From Escherichia coli (GTDB taxonomy: Bacteria > Pseudomonadota > Gammaproteobacteria > Enterobacterales > Enterobacteriaceae), in NCBI RefSeq assembly GCF_041248615.1, contig NZ_CP158426.1: 64,000 nucleotides of DNA; one strand, 5' to 3'. Under the pieces are notes generated by a model. The model saw only the letters and a program-made list of their open reading frames with translations, was not told the origin of the DNA and made no database searches. Shown piece by piece: positions 17,491 through 25,862 of the stretch. Position numbers and translations under genes: made by a program. Position 1 is the stretch's first letter; each line of letters opens with the position of its first letter.

Positions 17491-18342
17491 TCAGGAGGCA
17501 TAAACTGAAAGGAGTTCTTTAGCTGCCAATTGACCAAGTGCGTTGGCTGCAAAAGGACTGTCACCTGTCAGTACCTTACGATCTTTGTATACGCTTCCTT
17601 TAATATCATCATTAACAATATTCATCCCCATTTGCTTAAGTGCATCGCCAAAATACCATGTGAGATGGCCCGGCATATAACCAATGTCAGGCGTCTGCTT
17701 ATCAGCTGAATCAGGGAAAGCGCAAATAGAATACTCTTTTAGAGGGTTTTCACCATTGCGCAGCGAAAGGAATGCTGCTGGGCCATGGCAAAGGGATATG
17801 ACGAAGCGGTCATTGTCCATGAACCAGCGAAGAGTATCGGCTACTGCGCTGCTTTCTGGCAGCCCAATCAGTGCGCCGTGGCCACCAGGAATAAACACGG
17901 CAGCATATTCACTTTGCTTGTTCAGGCTATTCAATACATCAGACAATTTTTCAGGATTTTGGAACTTGTCTCTATACCGGCTGAAAAATGGCATAACTTT
18001 CTCATCCTTGTGCGGCATGGCCCAGTATTCGAACTTTGTCATGTAACCTGAGATTGTCGCAATGTCAAAATCAAAACCAGCAGCATGCAGGTGATACATT
18101 GGAATAAGCGTTTCAACAGGATGGTTTCCCGTTGAGAACAGAGCCCCGCTATCAGTCATCAGGTAACGCTCATCCGCAGCGATGACCAGCACCTTCTTCC
18201 CTCCCATGCACTGTTTGGGATAGTCGTAGTCACTAAGGTCAGATACGGGGCTGGTAAACTGACTAAGGGAATAGTCAGAGGGGAAAAATGCGTTTTCTTC
18301 AGCATGATCCACTTTCGGATGTTTACTTTTATCATTTGTCAT
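17491..18342 (-). CDS. hchA: Hsp31/HchA-family glyoxalase III / protein deglycase (DJ-1/PfpI), a diverged paralog
   Basis: 283 aa from the internal ATG at 18342 (MTNDKSKHPKVDHAEENAFFPSDYSLSQ...). It is collinear with E. coli HchA as I recall it, including the ISLCHGPAA nucleophile elbow, but clearly diverged. The tracked ORF's 54 extra N-terminal codons run into IS2. Confidence 0.9.
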   Translation of the reverse strand: MTNDKSKHPKVDHAEENAFFPSDYSLSQFTSPVSDLSDYDYPKQCMGGKKVLVIAADERYLMTDSGALFSTGNHPVETLIPMYHLHAAGFDFDIATISGYMTKFEYWAMPHKDEKVMPFFSRYRDKFQNPEKLSDVLNSLNKQSEYAAVFIPGGHGALIGLPESSAVADTLRWFMDNDRFVISLCHGPAAFLSLRNGENPLKEYSICAFPDSADKQTPDIGYMPGHLTWYFGDALKQMGMNIVNDDIKGSVYKDRKVLTGDSPFAANALGQLAAKELLSVYAS

Positions 18343-18514
18343 TACGTATTCCTCGTTGATTGGTGTTAACTCTCTTTCTCGGGCCTGAATTCGCCTGTTA
18401 TATGGGCGACCAGGATAGCCTGATAGACTGGCCCCATGAATCTCCAGACAACCAATATCACTTAAATAAGTGATAGTCTTAATACTAGTTTTTAGACTAG
18501 TCATTGGAGAGCAG

Positions 18515-18880
18515 ATGATTGATGTCTTAGGACCGGAGAAACGCAGACGGCGTACTACACAGGAAAAGATCGCTATTGTTCAGCAGAGTTTTGAACCGGG
18601 AATGAAGGTCTCCCTTGTTGCCCGGCAACACGGTGTGGCAGCCAGCCAGTTATTTCTCTGGCGCAAGCAATACCAGGAGGGAAGTCTTACTGCTGTGGCC
18701 GCAGGAGAGCAGGTCGTTCCTGCCTCTGAACTTGCTGCTGCCATGAAGCAGATTAAAGAACTCCAGCGCCTGCTCGGCAAAAAAACGATGGAAAATGAAC
18801 TCCTTAAAGAAGCCGTTGAATACGGGCGTGCAAAAAAGTGGATAGCGCACGCGCCCTTATTGCCCGGGGATGGGGAGTAA
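18515..18880 (+). CDS. insC: IS2 transposase OrfA (InsC)
   Basis: 121 aa: [29 protein letters not shown]... matches IS2 InsC. Confidence 0.9.
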   Translation: MIDVLGPEKRRRRTTQEKIAIVQQSFEPGMKVSLVARQHGVAASQLFLWRKQYQEGSLTAVAAGEQVVPASELAAAMKQIKELQRLLGKKTMENELLKEAVEYGRAKKWIAHAPLLPGDGE

Positions 18881-19743
18881 GCTTAGTCAGCCGTTGTCTC
18901 CGGGTGTCGCGTGCGCAGTTGCACGTAATTCTCAGACGAACCGATGACTGGAAAGATGGTCGCCGCAGCCGTCACTCAGATGATACGGATGTGCTTCTCC
19001 GTATACACCATGTTATCGGAGAGCTGCCCACGTATGGTTATCGTCGGGTATGGGCGCTGCTTCGCAGACAGGCCGAACTTGATGGTACGCCTGCGATCAA
19101 TGCCAAACGTGTTTACCGGATCATGCGCCAGAATGCGCTGTTGCTTGAGCGAAAAACCGCTGTACCGCCATCGAAACGGGCACATACTGGCAAAGTGGCC
19201 GTGAAAGAAAGCAATCAACGATGGTGCTCTGACGGGTTCGAGTTCCGCTGTGATAACGGAGAAAAACTGCGAGTCACGTTCGCGCTGGACTGCTGTGACC
19301 GTGAGGCACTGCACTGGGCAGTCACTACGGGCGGCTTCGACAGTGAAACAGTACAGGACGTCATGCTGGGAGCGGTGGAACGCCGCTTCGGCAACGAGCT
19401 TCCGGCGTCTCCAGTAGAGTGGCTGACGGATAATGGTTCATGCTACCGGGCTAATGAAACACGGCAGTTTGCCCGGATATTGGGGCTTGAACCGAAGAAC
19501 ACGGCGGTGCGGAGTCCGGAGAGTAACGGCATAGCAGAGAGCTTCGTGAAAACGATAAAGCGTGACTACATCAGTATCATGCCTAAACCAGACGGGTTAA
19601 CGGCAGCAAAGAACCTTGCAGAGGCGTTCGAGCATTATAACGAATGGCATCCGCATAGTGCACTGGGTTATCGCTCGCCACGGGAATATCTGCGGCAGCA
19701 GGCCAGTAATGGGTTAAGTGATAACAGGTGTCTGGAAATATAG
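18838..19743 (+). CDS. insD: IS2 transposase OrfB (InsD). The active enzyme is made as an InsCD fusion by -1 frameshift.
   Basis: 301 aa with the DDE/rve-domain pattern of IS2 InsD. It overlaps insC in the -1 frame. Confidence 0.9.
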   Translation: MDSARALIARGWGVSLVSRCLRVSRAQLHVILRRTDDWKDGRRSRHSDDTDVLLRIHHVIGELPTYGYRRVWALLRRQAELDGTPAINAKRVYRIMRQNALLLERKTAVPPSKRAHTGKVAVKESNQRWCSDGFEFRCDNGEKLRVTFALDCCDREALHWAVTTGGFDSETVQDVMLGAVERRFGNELPASPVEWLTDNGSCYRANETRQFARILGLEPKNTAVRSPESNGIAESFVKTIKRDYISIMPKPDGLTAAKNLAEAFEHYNEWHPHSALGYRSPREYLRQQASNGLSDNRCLEI

Positions 19744-19759
19744 GGGCAAATCCACCTGA

Positions 19760-19917
19760 GTAGTGGTAGTCTCTTCCATACGGTTGCGTACGTATCTCAG
19801 GTGGTTTGCTACAGCATGCGGAGATAGTCCCAGTAAACCAAGAACCACTTTAGCTTTTGATGACTCATACCCCCAATCTGAACACTCCTTTAATACCCAT
19901 ATTGCCGAATACAGGAA
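19760..19917 (-). pseudogene. remnant of a LuxR/GerE-type HTH ORF split by IS2 (its distal 58 nt lie at 18366-18423)
   Basis: With IS2 and one TSD copy removed, the minus strand reads 71 open codons ending ...LGLSPHAVANHLRYVRNRMEETTTTQAILVAHITGEFRPEKES*. This is a GerE-type recognition-helix pattern. There is no in-frame start codon. Confidence 0.3.
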
Positions 19918-20342
19918 TCATAATGTCGTGCAAAATACCACTAACAAAATTATGACAATTTAATAACTTTGAACGTGGCTTTGTGTTCCAGTTTTATGCC
20001 AGGAGAAATCATTCGATATCTTTATAAAATATCGTTCTAACTGTAAGTAATTAATATGATTTTTCTCATAAAAAAACTTAAAATCAGTTAACTTCAGCCC
20101 GGAATATGCGTTCACTGAGCGGCCTCTTCATGAACGAAACCGAGAAAAAATAGGCTACAGTCACAACCACACTGTAGAGCAACTTCTCTCACGTGCTGTT
20201 TCAGAGAATAGATCTTCTTGCATCTGAAGAATGGTATCCAGAGCTATCCTGATCACCCCTGAATGCAATAGTTGCGTATACTAGGCGCATGACAGAATCA
20301 TAAAATGAGAGCTATCCCTTATTATCATGACTTCAGTAAAAT

Positions 20343-21098
20343 TTAAATTTGCATTGAGGTAGCGATATCGAGACGTTGCAGTTCGTCAATCGTGTAGATG
20401 CGGAACACATTCCTGTGGCGGGTTTCCAGTGGGATGTGTTGATGATTCACGATGACGTACTGGATGCTGTCAAACAGCCGTTCAAGACCGAGTTTTTTTT
20501 GCGGGTCTGGCACAATATAAAAAACGTAGATCCAGTCTTTACGCGTTCGGGCCAGTAAATGACTGGCTATGATCGACTGGTAACGGGCTTTGGTTTTCAG
20601 ATGGCGCTCGGTCTCGATGGCGATCACCGTGCCGCTGGGGAGGGCAATTAGCCCGTCCGGGCGGTGACTGACCTGATAACGACTCAGGAAAGTTGTGCGA
20701 TCGCCATGTATCCAGCCGCATGCGCCTTTTTTTTCGAGGATGATCCGCGCCATCTGATTATCAAGGTGATGTTCCAGCGTCCAGCCTGTGAGTTTTGAAG
20801 GCTCAAACCGGGCCGGGAAAATTTCATCATCAGGCTGTATTACGACCGCCAGCCCGTCGTTGGTTATTCCCCACAATGAAATTTTCTTCGTACGTGATAC
20901 CAGGACGTGTTTTTGTATTAACCCCATTCCCTCAACTTTTGAAAGCAGGGAATACAGTGATTTATGATCCCTGAAGCCGAACAGCAGCATCAGTGTTGTA
21001 AAATCACTGTACGTTTCTTCTTTCAGGAAATTCAGCAGTCGTATTATCTTCTCGCGATGTCGGGTCTGGCGCTCGCGGTATGCGGTGATAAGCATCAT
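20343..21098 (-). CDS. mobC: MobC-like protein: winged-helix plus PD-(D/E)xK nuclease fold (MOBC-family relaxase candidate, CloDF13 MobC-like)
   Basis: 251 aa. N-terminal wHTH-like segment (IIRLLNFLKEE...LLSKVEGMGLIQKH). C-terminal RPDGLI...VIAIETERHLKTK fits a D..E.E/K nuclease motif. It sits immediately downstream of the coupling protein. Confidence 0.55.
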   Translation of the reverse strand: MMLITAYRERQTRHREKIIRLLNFLKEETYSDFTTLMLLFGFRDHKSLYSLLSKVEGMGLIQKHVLVSRTKKISLWGITNDGLAVVIQPDDEIFPARFEPSKLTGWTLEHHLDNQMARIILEKKGACGWIHGDRTTFLSRYQVSHRPDGLIALPSGTVIAIETERHLKTKARYQSIIASHLLARTRKDWIYVFYIVPDPQKKLGLERLFDSIQYVIVNHQHIPLETRHRNVFRIYTIDELQRLDIATSMQI

Positions 21099-21106
21099 TT
21101 CCCCTT

Positions 21107-23032
21107 CTAAAAGTTCAGTAACGAGGGATGATCCTCTTTACCTGCACCTGCACCTGCACCTGCACCTGCACTTGTTGTTGTGTGTTTCTCGTCCGGCTTG
21201 TCAAAAAAGAGATCGGGTTGTGTTGTCGTGATAACTGATGTTGATGACGGTCCGGATGACATTTCTTCCTCGTCAAAATTCAGGGCAATGTTGACTCTTG
21301 CGGCGGTGGCGGCAACAGCGGGCGATACGGCACAGATCGCCAGTTCCCTTTTTTTAACCCTGATGGGAGAAATTAGTGAAGCAGAGGGGAGGGCTTTGGT
21401 GGTGAATATAAAACTGACAAAATCAGGCAGGTTCAGCACCATATTACTGTCGATAAAGAAACGCTCGGCCTGCCTGATGGTGCGTTCACTATCGATAGTC
21501 TCTGTCAGCACCGCATCTGTTTTGGCTTTGCGGACTTCGTCATCGACTAATATGGTGCCTGACATTCTTGCCACCCAGTCAGCGGTATCAGGGTCCATGA
21601 CACGATAAACCAGCTTGAATTTGGCATTCTCCACAACTGCACCCACCACGGCATCGCTTTTCAAATCCGCCGGGCAATCTTTTAAATCGGCAATGGATTG
21701 GTGGTCCATAATAATGTGTACACCTTTATCCCGTGCCGCACCTAAGCCTTCCAGCGCAGGCTTGGATAAATGGTATTTCAGTTCGGAAAGGTAAATAGCA
21801 ATAGGGCGGGGTGTGTGGTTTACCCGATCGCGCCTTTCTGCCAGCTGGTACAGGCGAACCAGCAGCATGCGCTGAGCGGTAATAATTTTGCTGTTGCGCA
21901 TCGAGCCAATCACATAGCAGCAACCACCGTTATCAAATATTGTATTGAGGGAAAATCCTGCCGGTGCATTGATGGCATTGAGTAAGGCCAGCTCCTCAAT
22001 TTTCCCGAAAAAGGCTTTTATCTTATCAGCGATACTTTGGACGTATTCCCCGTTATACACATCCCGAATGGTTGAGGTCGTATTACGGGCGACAAATTGT
22101 GCAGCTATTCGGGCTGCTTTGCGATCGTCAATGCGATAAAAGTCAGACTCTTGTCCTTTCTCTGCCAGACTGAAACCCGCGACAAAAAGTTCTTCCAGTT
22201 CATCAGCGGTGATATCGTTAATCAGGTTTAGCTGGTATGCCTGTTTCCTCAGGTCAATTAGGGCAAAGGATTTCCCTGCATCCTCGCAGGCTTTCCGGTA
22301 AAGGTGTGGGGCCCACTCATCATCTTTGGGGTCCATAACAAATACGCCTTCACCGGCCAAAATACTCTGATAAAGTAATATCCCGGTGGCCACCCCTTTA
22401 CCGGCCCCCGTGGTCCCGATGATATCGGCATGTTGTTTTTGCCAGTCTTTTAACGGCAGGTACATCGGCTGTTTCATTCTGTTCATGCCGATAAAAATAC
22501 CTTTACTCAGGTTAATATAATCCTCCGGGTTATAGTGCAATGTTTCCGGTAGCAGCGATTTCACCGTTCGGACATCAGTACGTAATTCCCTTTCCAGAGT
22601 GGTTTTTCTGACGAACCGACTTTTTACTTTATCGAGTTCAGGTGTTAACACCCTGCGCAGAAGAATATGGAAAACAAAACCGGCTGCGGTAGAGGTAATC
22701 AGTATCAGCCAGGAGAGGACAGTATTGCTGGTGGCTATCTTTATTCGGTATATCCATTGAAATAATTCGTTCACCACGGGCGCTATTGTGCCAAACAAAA
22801 AGCACAGTATGGAAAAAACTATCACCAGCTTTTTCCATAAAGGGGCTTTGAGTCGTTCATCGCTTTTCATCGACGCGAAGAATGGCATGGTCAGCCCTGA
22901 GAATAGCGCCAAAATAGGTTGATGCTGGTGCATAAAAACGAGCAGTCCCAGCATGCCGTCCACTATCGGTGATAGTGAAACGATCAGCTTATTTAACACC
23001 ATAATGCTTCCTTTATCGGCCATTCGCCCCAC
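21107..23032 (-). CDS. mobB: type IV coupling protein (TraD/VirD4/CloDF13 MobB-like T4CP)
   Basis: N-terminal TM segments. Walker A IIGTTGAGKGV, Walker B-like VFVMDPKDDE, and a TraD/TraG C-terminal pattern. 641 aa. Confidence 0.9.
   Translation of the reverse strand: MGRMADKGSIMVLNKLIVSLSPIVDGMLGLLVFMHQHQPILALFSGLTMPFFASMKSDERLKAPLWKKLVIVFSILCFLFGTIAPVVNELFQWIYRIKIATSNTVLSWLILITSTAAGFVFHILLRRVLTPELDKVKSRFVRKTTLERELRTDVRTVKSLLPETLHYNPEDYINLSKGIFIGMNRMKQPMYLPLKDWQKQHADIIGTTGAGKGVATGILLYQSILAGEGVFVMDPKDDEWAPHLYRKACEDAGKSFALIDLRKQAYQLNLINDITADELEELFVAGFSLAEKGQESDFYRIDDRKAARIAAQFVARNTTSTIRDVYNGEYVQSIADKIKAFFGKIEELALLNAINAPAGFSLNTIFDNGGCCYVIGSMRNSKIITAQRMLLVRLYQLAERRDRVNHTPRPIAIYLSELKYHLSKPALEGLGAARDKGVHIIMDHQSIADLKDCPADLKSDAVVGAVVENAKFKLVYRVMDPDTADWVARMSGTILVDDEVRKAKTDAVLTETIDSERTIRQAERFFIDSNMVLNLPDFVSFIFTTKALPSASLISPIRVKKRELAICAVSPAVAATAARVNIALNFDEEEMSSGPSSTSVITTTQPDLFFDKPDEKHTTTSAGAGAGAGAGKEDHPSLLNF
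21140..21170. repeat. in-frame hexanucleotide repeat (ACCTGC)x5 encoding (Ala-Gly)5 in the T4CP C-terminal tail
   Basis: Read directly. It corresponds to SAGAGAGAGAGK, 11 residues before the stop. Confidence 0.9.
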
Positions 23033-23700
23033 GACATCGCCCCCTCAATTCGCCCCACGGTGTTGGGCGAAAAGCTGGGGTGAAAGCAGGGGCAAACAGA
23101 GGTGGCTGCGGTGCAGCCATGTGCCGGTAGATAGACTTTCCGGCCCGAAACGACGTGCACCAGTTCATGCGGGCTGGACGCCCTTATTGCCTGGCGCATG
23201 GGGGTAATGGCGTGGCTGTACGCCGCGCCAAAACCCCCAGGGTCAACGGCGGCACACCGTCGCCCGCTACGCGCGACCAACCCCTTTAAGACGCGCGTTT
23301 CGCCTGTTTTTTTCTCGCAAGCTCCAAAAAACGGGAACGCTGCTTTAAAGGGGTTGGTCGCGCCTGATTGGTAATATCCCCGCTGGGGCGGGAAATATTA
23401 CCTGGCTTGACGGTGTGCGGGGCAAGCCCCCCACAAAAAACGGCACGTGGGCGTGCCTTTTTGCTCGCTGGGGCGGCAAAATTTTTGCGGCTCCCCCGGC
23501 CTGCTTAATTCGCTGTGGGCGAATGTGCGCAGATGGATGCGGTACCTGAAAATTAACAATTTCTGCGAAATTGAATTTTCTGTCCGCGTTCCACTGGCTT
23601 ATTTCACGGCTTAACAATTTCTCCGAAATTGAAGCCAGAAATTAGCCAGCCTCAACCCCGCCGTCTGTCAGTCTGTGGCGCTGTGAGGCATAGTGTAATG
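23033..23700. other. non-coding repeat-rich region, candidate oriT / relaxosome assembly site
   Basis: 668 bp with no credible CDS, lying between mobB and the virB11-side operon. 19-bp perfect inverted repeat (23271-23289 / 23345-23363). TTCGCCCCACG direct repeats (about 23022 and 23047). Two 23-bp direct repeats (23553-23575 / 23611-23633, 22 of 23 identical). Several short GC hairpins. Confidence 0.5.
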
Positions 23701-23709
23701 TCCGGTGGT

Positions 23710-24015
23710 TCACACCTGTTCGCGATATATTTCAGCCCGGCATTCCTGTTCAGCCTTTAATACCTCCCGGTAGGTTTCATCATCGACTTTCGTTCCCTGA
23801 TTTTCGGCGTATCGTCTGAGTTTGTCAGCATCCTGTTCATTAAGACGCGAAAGATGATGTCGCAATAAACTGATCAGTCTACTTTCATAGATCTCATAGT
23901 AAAGGCCGCATCCCTGATTCGCTTCCTCAGAGAACTTTCTGTACACGGCTCCGACCGATATTCTGTCATGATGCATTGAGTGGATGTTGGAAATAAAAAG
24001 GTTTTCTTTATCCAT
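23710..24015 (-). CDS. hypothetical protein, last gene of the virB11-side operon next to the oriT-like region
   Basis: 101-aa ORF with a helical, charged C-terminus. No motif recognised. Confidence 0.45.
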   Translation of the reverse strand: MDKENLFISNIHSMHHDRISVGAVYRKFSEEANQGCGLYYEIYESRLISLLRHHLSRLNEQDADKLRRYAENQGTKVDDETYREVLKAEQECRAEIYREQV

Positions 24016-24063
24016 ATTTATTTCTCCCCAAAAAAAGGTACTAACATAATGGCCGGGGGGTTA

Positions 24064-24366
24064 TTATCCTCTGAGCCTACCAAATCTGGACAGGATTTTA
24101 TTCACCGCCTCTGGGTCGGCACTGGCACATTCTCCGAGGAAAGCTTTTCTGGCATTCAGTGTATGACCGGGTAAAAATCCGTGTTTATTCTTTTTGACGA
24201 TATTAAAGAAAGTTTTTTCAGCTGAATGGCACTCACTCCCTCCACTGTTTCCGGTCGCTTTCCCGTACATACAAAGCACGACTTCGCATGGGTCAGAGGC
24301 GAAGCAATAAACAGGGAGCACAATGGCAATGCACAGCATTACCGTCGCAATGGAGGCGTATTTCAT
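24064..24366 (-). CDS. TrbM-like small periplasmic conjugation protein
   Basis: 100 aa with a signal peptide. The Cys pattern (DPCEVVLCMYG...C...C) resembles TrbM-family proteins. Located in the T4SS context. Confidence 0.5.
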   Translation of the reverse strand: MKYASIATVMLCIAIVLPVYCFASDPCEVVLCMYGKATGNSGGSECHSAEKTFFNIVKKNKHGFLPGHTLNARKAFLGECASADPEAVNKILSRFGRLRG

Positions 24367-24410
24367 GATGAAGTCCTTACCATAATTTCTGTACCAGGAT
24401 ATCGGTATAT

Positions 24411-24806
24411 TTAATGTGAAAAATAAATATAGGTATCGCTACACGTCAGGCACTGAGTTGCAGGTTGATATTCAATAACACCATTTGCGCCATGCTGGCG
24501 AAGCCAGCTTGTTGCAGTAAAGAATGCTGTGCCTGATGGTGCAGCAACAACAATACGCGTCGAATGCGCAACTGCGTAAAATACGTCGGGGGTCCAAAGT
24601 GTCTCGTTAAACTGCGTTGAGTGAACGGACAATAACCACTTCCCATTAACGATTGGGGAAGGATTAATAACGGGGGTGTCATTCCATTGCGATAAATTGA
24701 TATTCACTGACTCGCCCGATTTATCCCATTCAACAGATACCGGTGGGGGTGGTGACGAACAGCCGGTAAGCACCATTAAAAATAACAGTATATTGATGGT
24801 TTTCAT
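24411..24806 (-). CDS. T4SS-associated lipoprotein
   Basis: Lipobox LTGC at residues 13-16, followed by a proline run. Its start overlaps the virB11 stop (TAATG). Confidence 0.65.
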   Translation of the reverse strand: MKTINILLFLMVLTGCSSPPPPVSVEWDKSGESVNINLSQWNDTPVINPSPIVNGKWLLSVHSTQFNETLWTPDVFYAVAHSTRIVVAAPSGTAFFTATSWLRQHGANGVIEYQPATQCLTCSDTYIYFSH

Positions 24807-25825
24807 TATGCTTTCATCTCCTCGAAGAAGGCATTACGGTGCAGTGGCCGGAAATAGATATCATTCATTCGGCGCACGTTGCCGTCTAAATCAATACTGA
24901 CAATAACATCCAGACTGTCCAGCACTTTGCGTAACATAAACGTGTAGGGCAGCCGGGCGCATTGTGGGTTTTCATAACAGCGAGTAATAAAACCGTCTAC
25001 CGCTTCTATTGCTGAACCCGCATGCAGGGAAGTCATACTGCCTTCATGGCCGGAGCCGGTTATTTTGAGAAAATCCCAGGCTTCACCACCGCGCACTTCG
25101 GTTAACAATATACGGTCGGGGTTCATGCGATAATTCCAGCGCAGAAGACTGGCTGGCGTCACAATCGAGCCTTTTTCATCTGCTGATTCGGACGGATAGA
25201 AGAGGTGGACATAGTTTTTATGAACAAAAAAGGTGATTTCCGGATTATCTTCAATGGTCGTAATACGCAAATGGCGAGGAATAAAACCAATCAGCATCTT
25301 CATGTAGGTTGTTTTCCCGGTACCGGTTTCCCCGGCCACCGCGATAGTTTTACCGTACTCCACGCACTTCTCCATAAAGCGCGGGATATCTTTGGCGGTA
25401 TACAGGCTCAACAATTCCTGATCGTGCGTCTGGGTGGTTTCTGAGCCCGTCACCCTGTTATAAAAACCGGCGTCGATATAGCTCTGGTGGGGAATTTGTA
25501 CCTGTGACGGCTTTCGGATAGTAATGGAGACGGTGTTGCGCTCACAGGCCGGAGGGACAATAACCTGACAACGTTCACCGGATTCCAGCGTGGCTGACAG
25601 CCCCGGTTTGATATCTTCAATATTGTCGCAGTGATGCTTTGCCAGGCATCTGGCGAAGTTGTAGCACCCCTCATAATCCAGCGAAACACTGTGCAGCTCC
25701 CAGATACCATTAATTTTGGTAAATAGCTCGCCCGGGCGGTTGACGGCGATTTCTGTTAGTCCAGGATGAGCAATAAAATCGCCAAAAAATCGCTGTGTAT
25801 AGCGATCGAGAGAGATGTTTTTCAT
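24806..25825 (-). CDS. virB11: VirB11 secretion ATPase
   Basis: Walker A GETGTGKTT plus VirB11/GspE-type motifs. AAGGA lies 7 nt upstream of the ATG at 25825; the tracked ORF extends to 25849 without an RBS. Confidence 0.9.
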   Translation of the reverse strand: MKNISLDRYTQRFFGDFIAHPGLTEIAVNRPGELFTKINGIWELHSVSLDYEGCYNFARCLAKHHCDNIEDIKPGLSATLESGERCQVIVPPACERNTVSITIRKPSQVQIPHQSYIDAGFYNRVTGSETTQTHDQELLSLYTAKDIPRFMEKCVEYGKTIAVAGETGTGKTTYMKMLIGFIPRHLRITTIEDNPEITFFVHKNYVHLFYPSESADEKGSIVTPASLLRWNYRMNPDRILLTEVRGGEAWDFLKITGSGHEGSMTSLHAGSAIEAVDGFITRCYENPQCARLPYTFMLRKVLDSLDVIVSIDLDGNVRRMNDIYFRPLHRNAFFEEMKA

Positions 25826-25862
25826 GTGATATCCTTGTATCGGATACATTTGTGGAGGGAGT

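Larger units (their letters stand above)
18424..19754 (+). mobile_element. IS2 (IS3 family), intact 1331-bp copy with a 5-bp target duplication
   Basis: Ends are TAGACTGGCCCC... and ...GGGGCAAATCCA. CCTGA directly flanks both ends (18419-18423 and 19755-19759). InsC and InsD ORFs lie inside. Confidence 0.95.

Noticed and set aside
20118-20141. GGCCTCTTCATGAACGAAACC, weakly reminiscent of the tRNA-Asn 3' end (GGCTCCTCTGACTGGACTCGAACC on this strand), considered as the distal ICE att repeat
   Set aside because: Only about 60 percent of positions match, and gaps are required. That is not distinguishable from chance by eye. The distal boundary of the ICE therefore remains undefined and needs a computational repeat search with the last 17-25 nt of the tRNA.
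22953-23617. Three tracked ORFs (22953-23207 +, 22993-23280 -, 23345-23617 -) in the mobB-upstream region
   Set aside because: They have non-ATG starts and no Shine-Dalgarno sequences. Their Arg/Pro/Gly-rich translations are typical of GC-rich non-coding DNA. The region is dominated by inverted and direct repeats, so I interpret it as oriT-like DNA.
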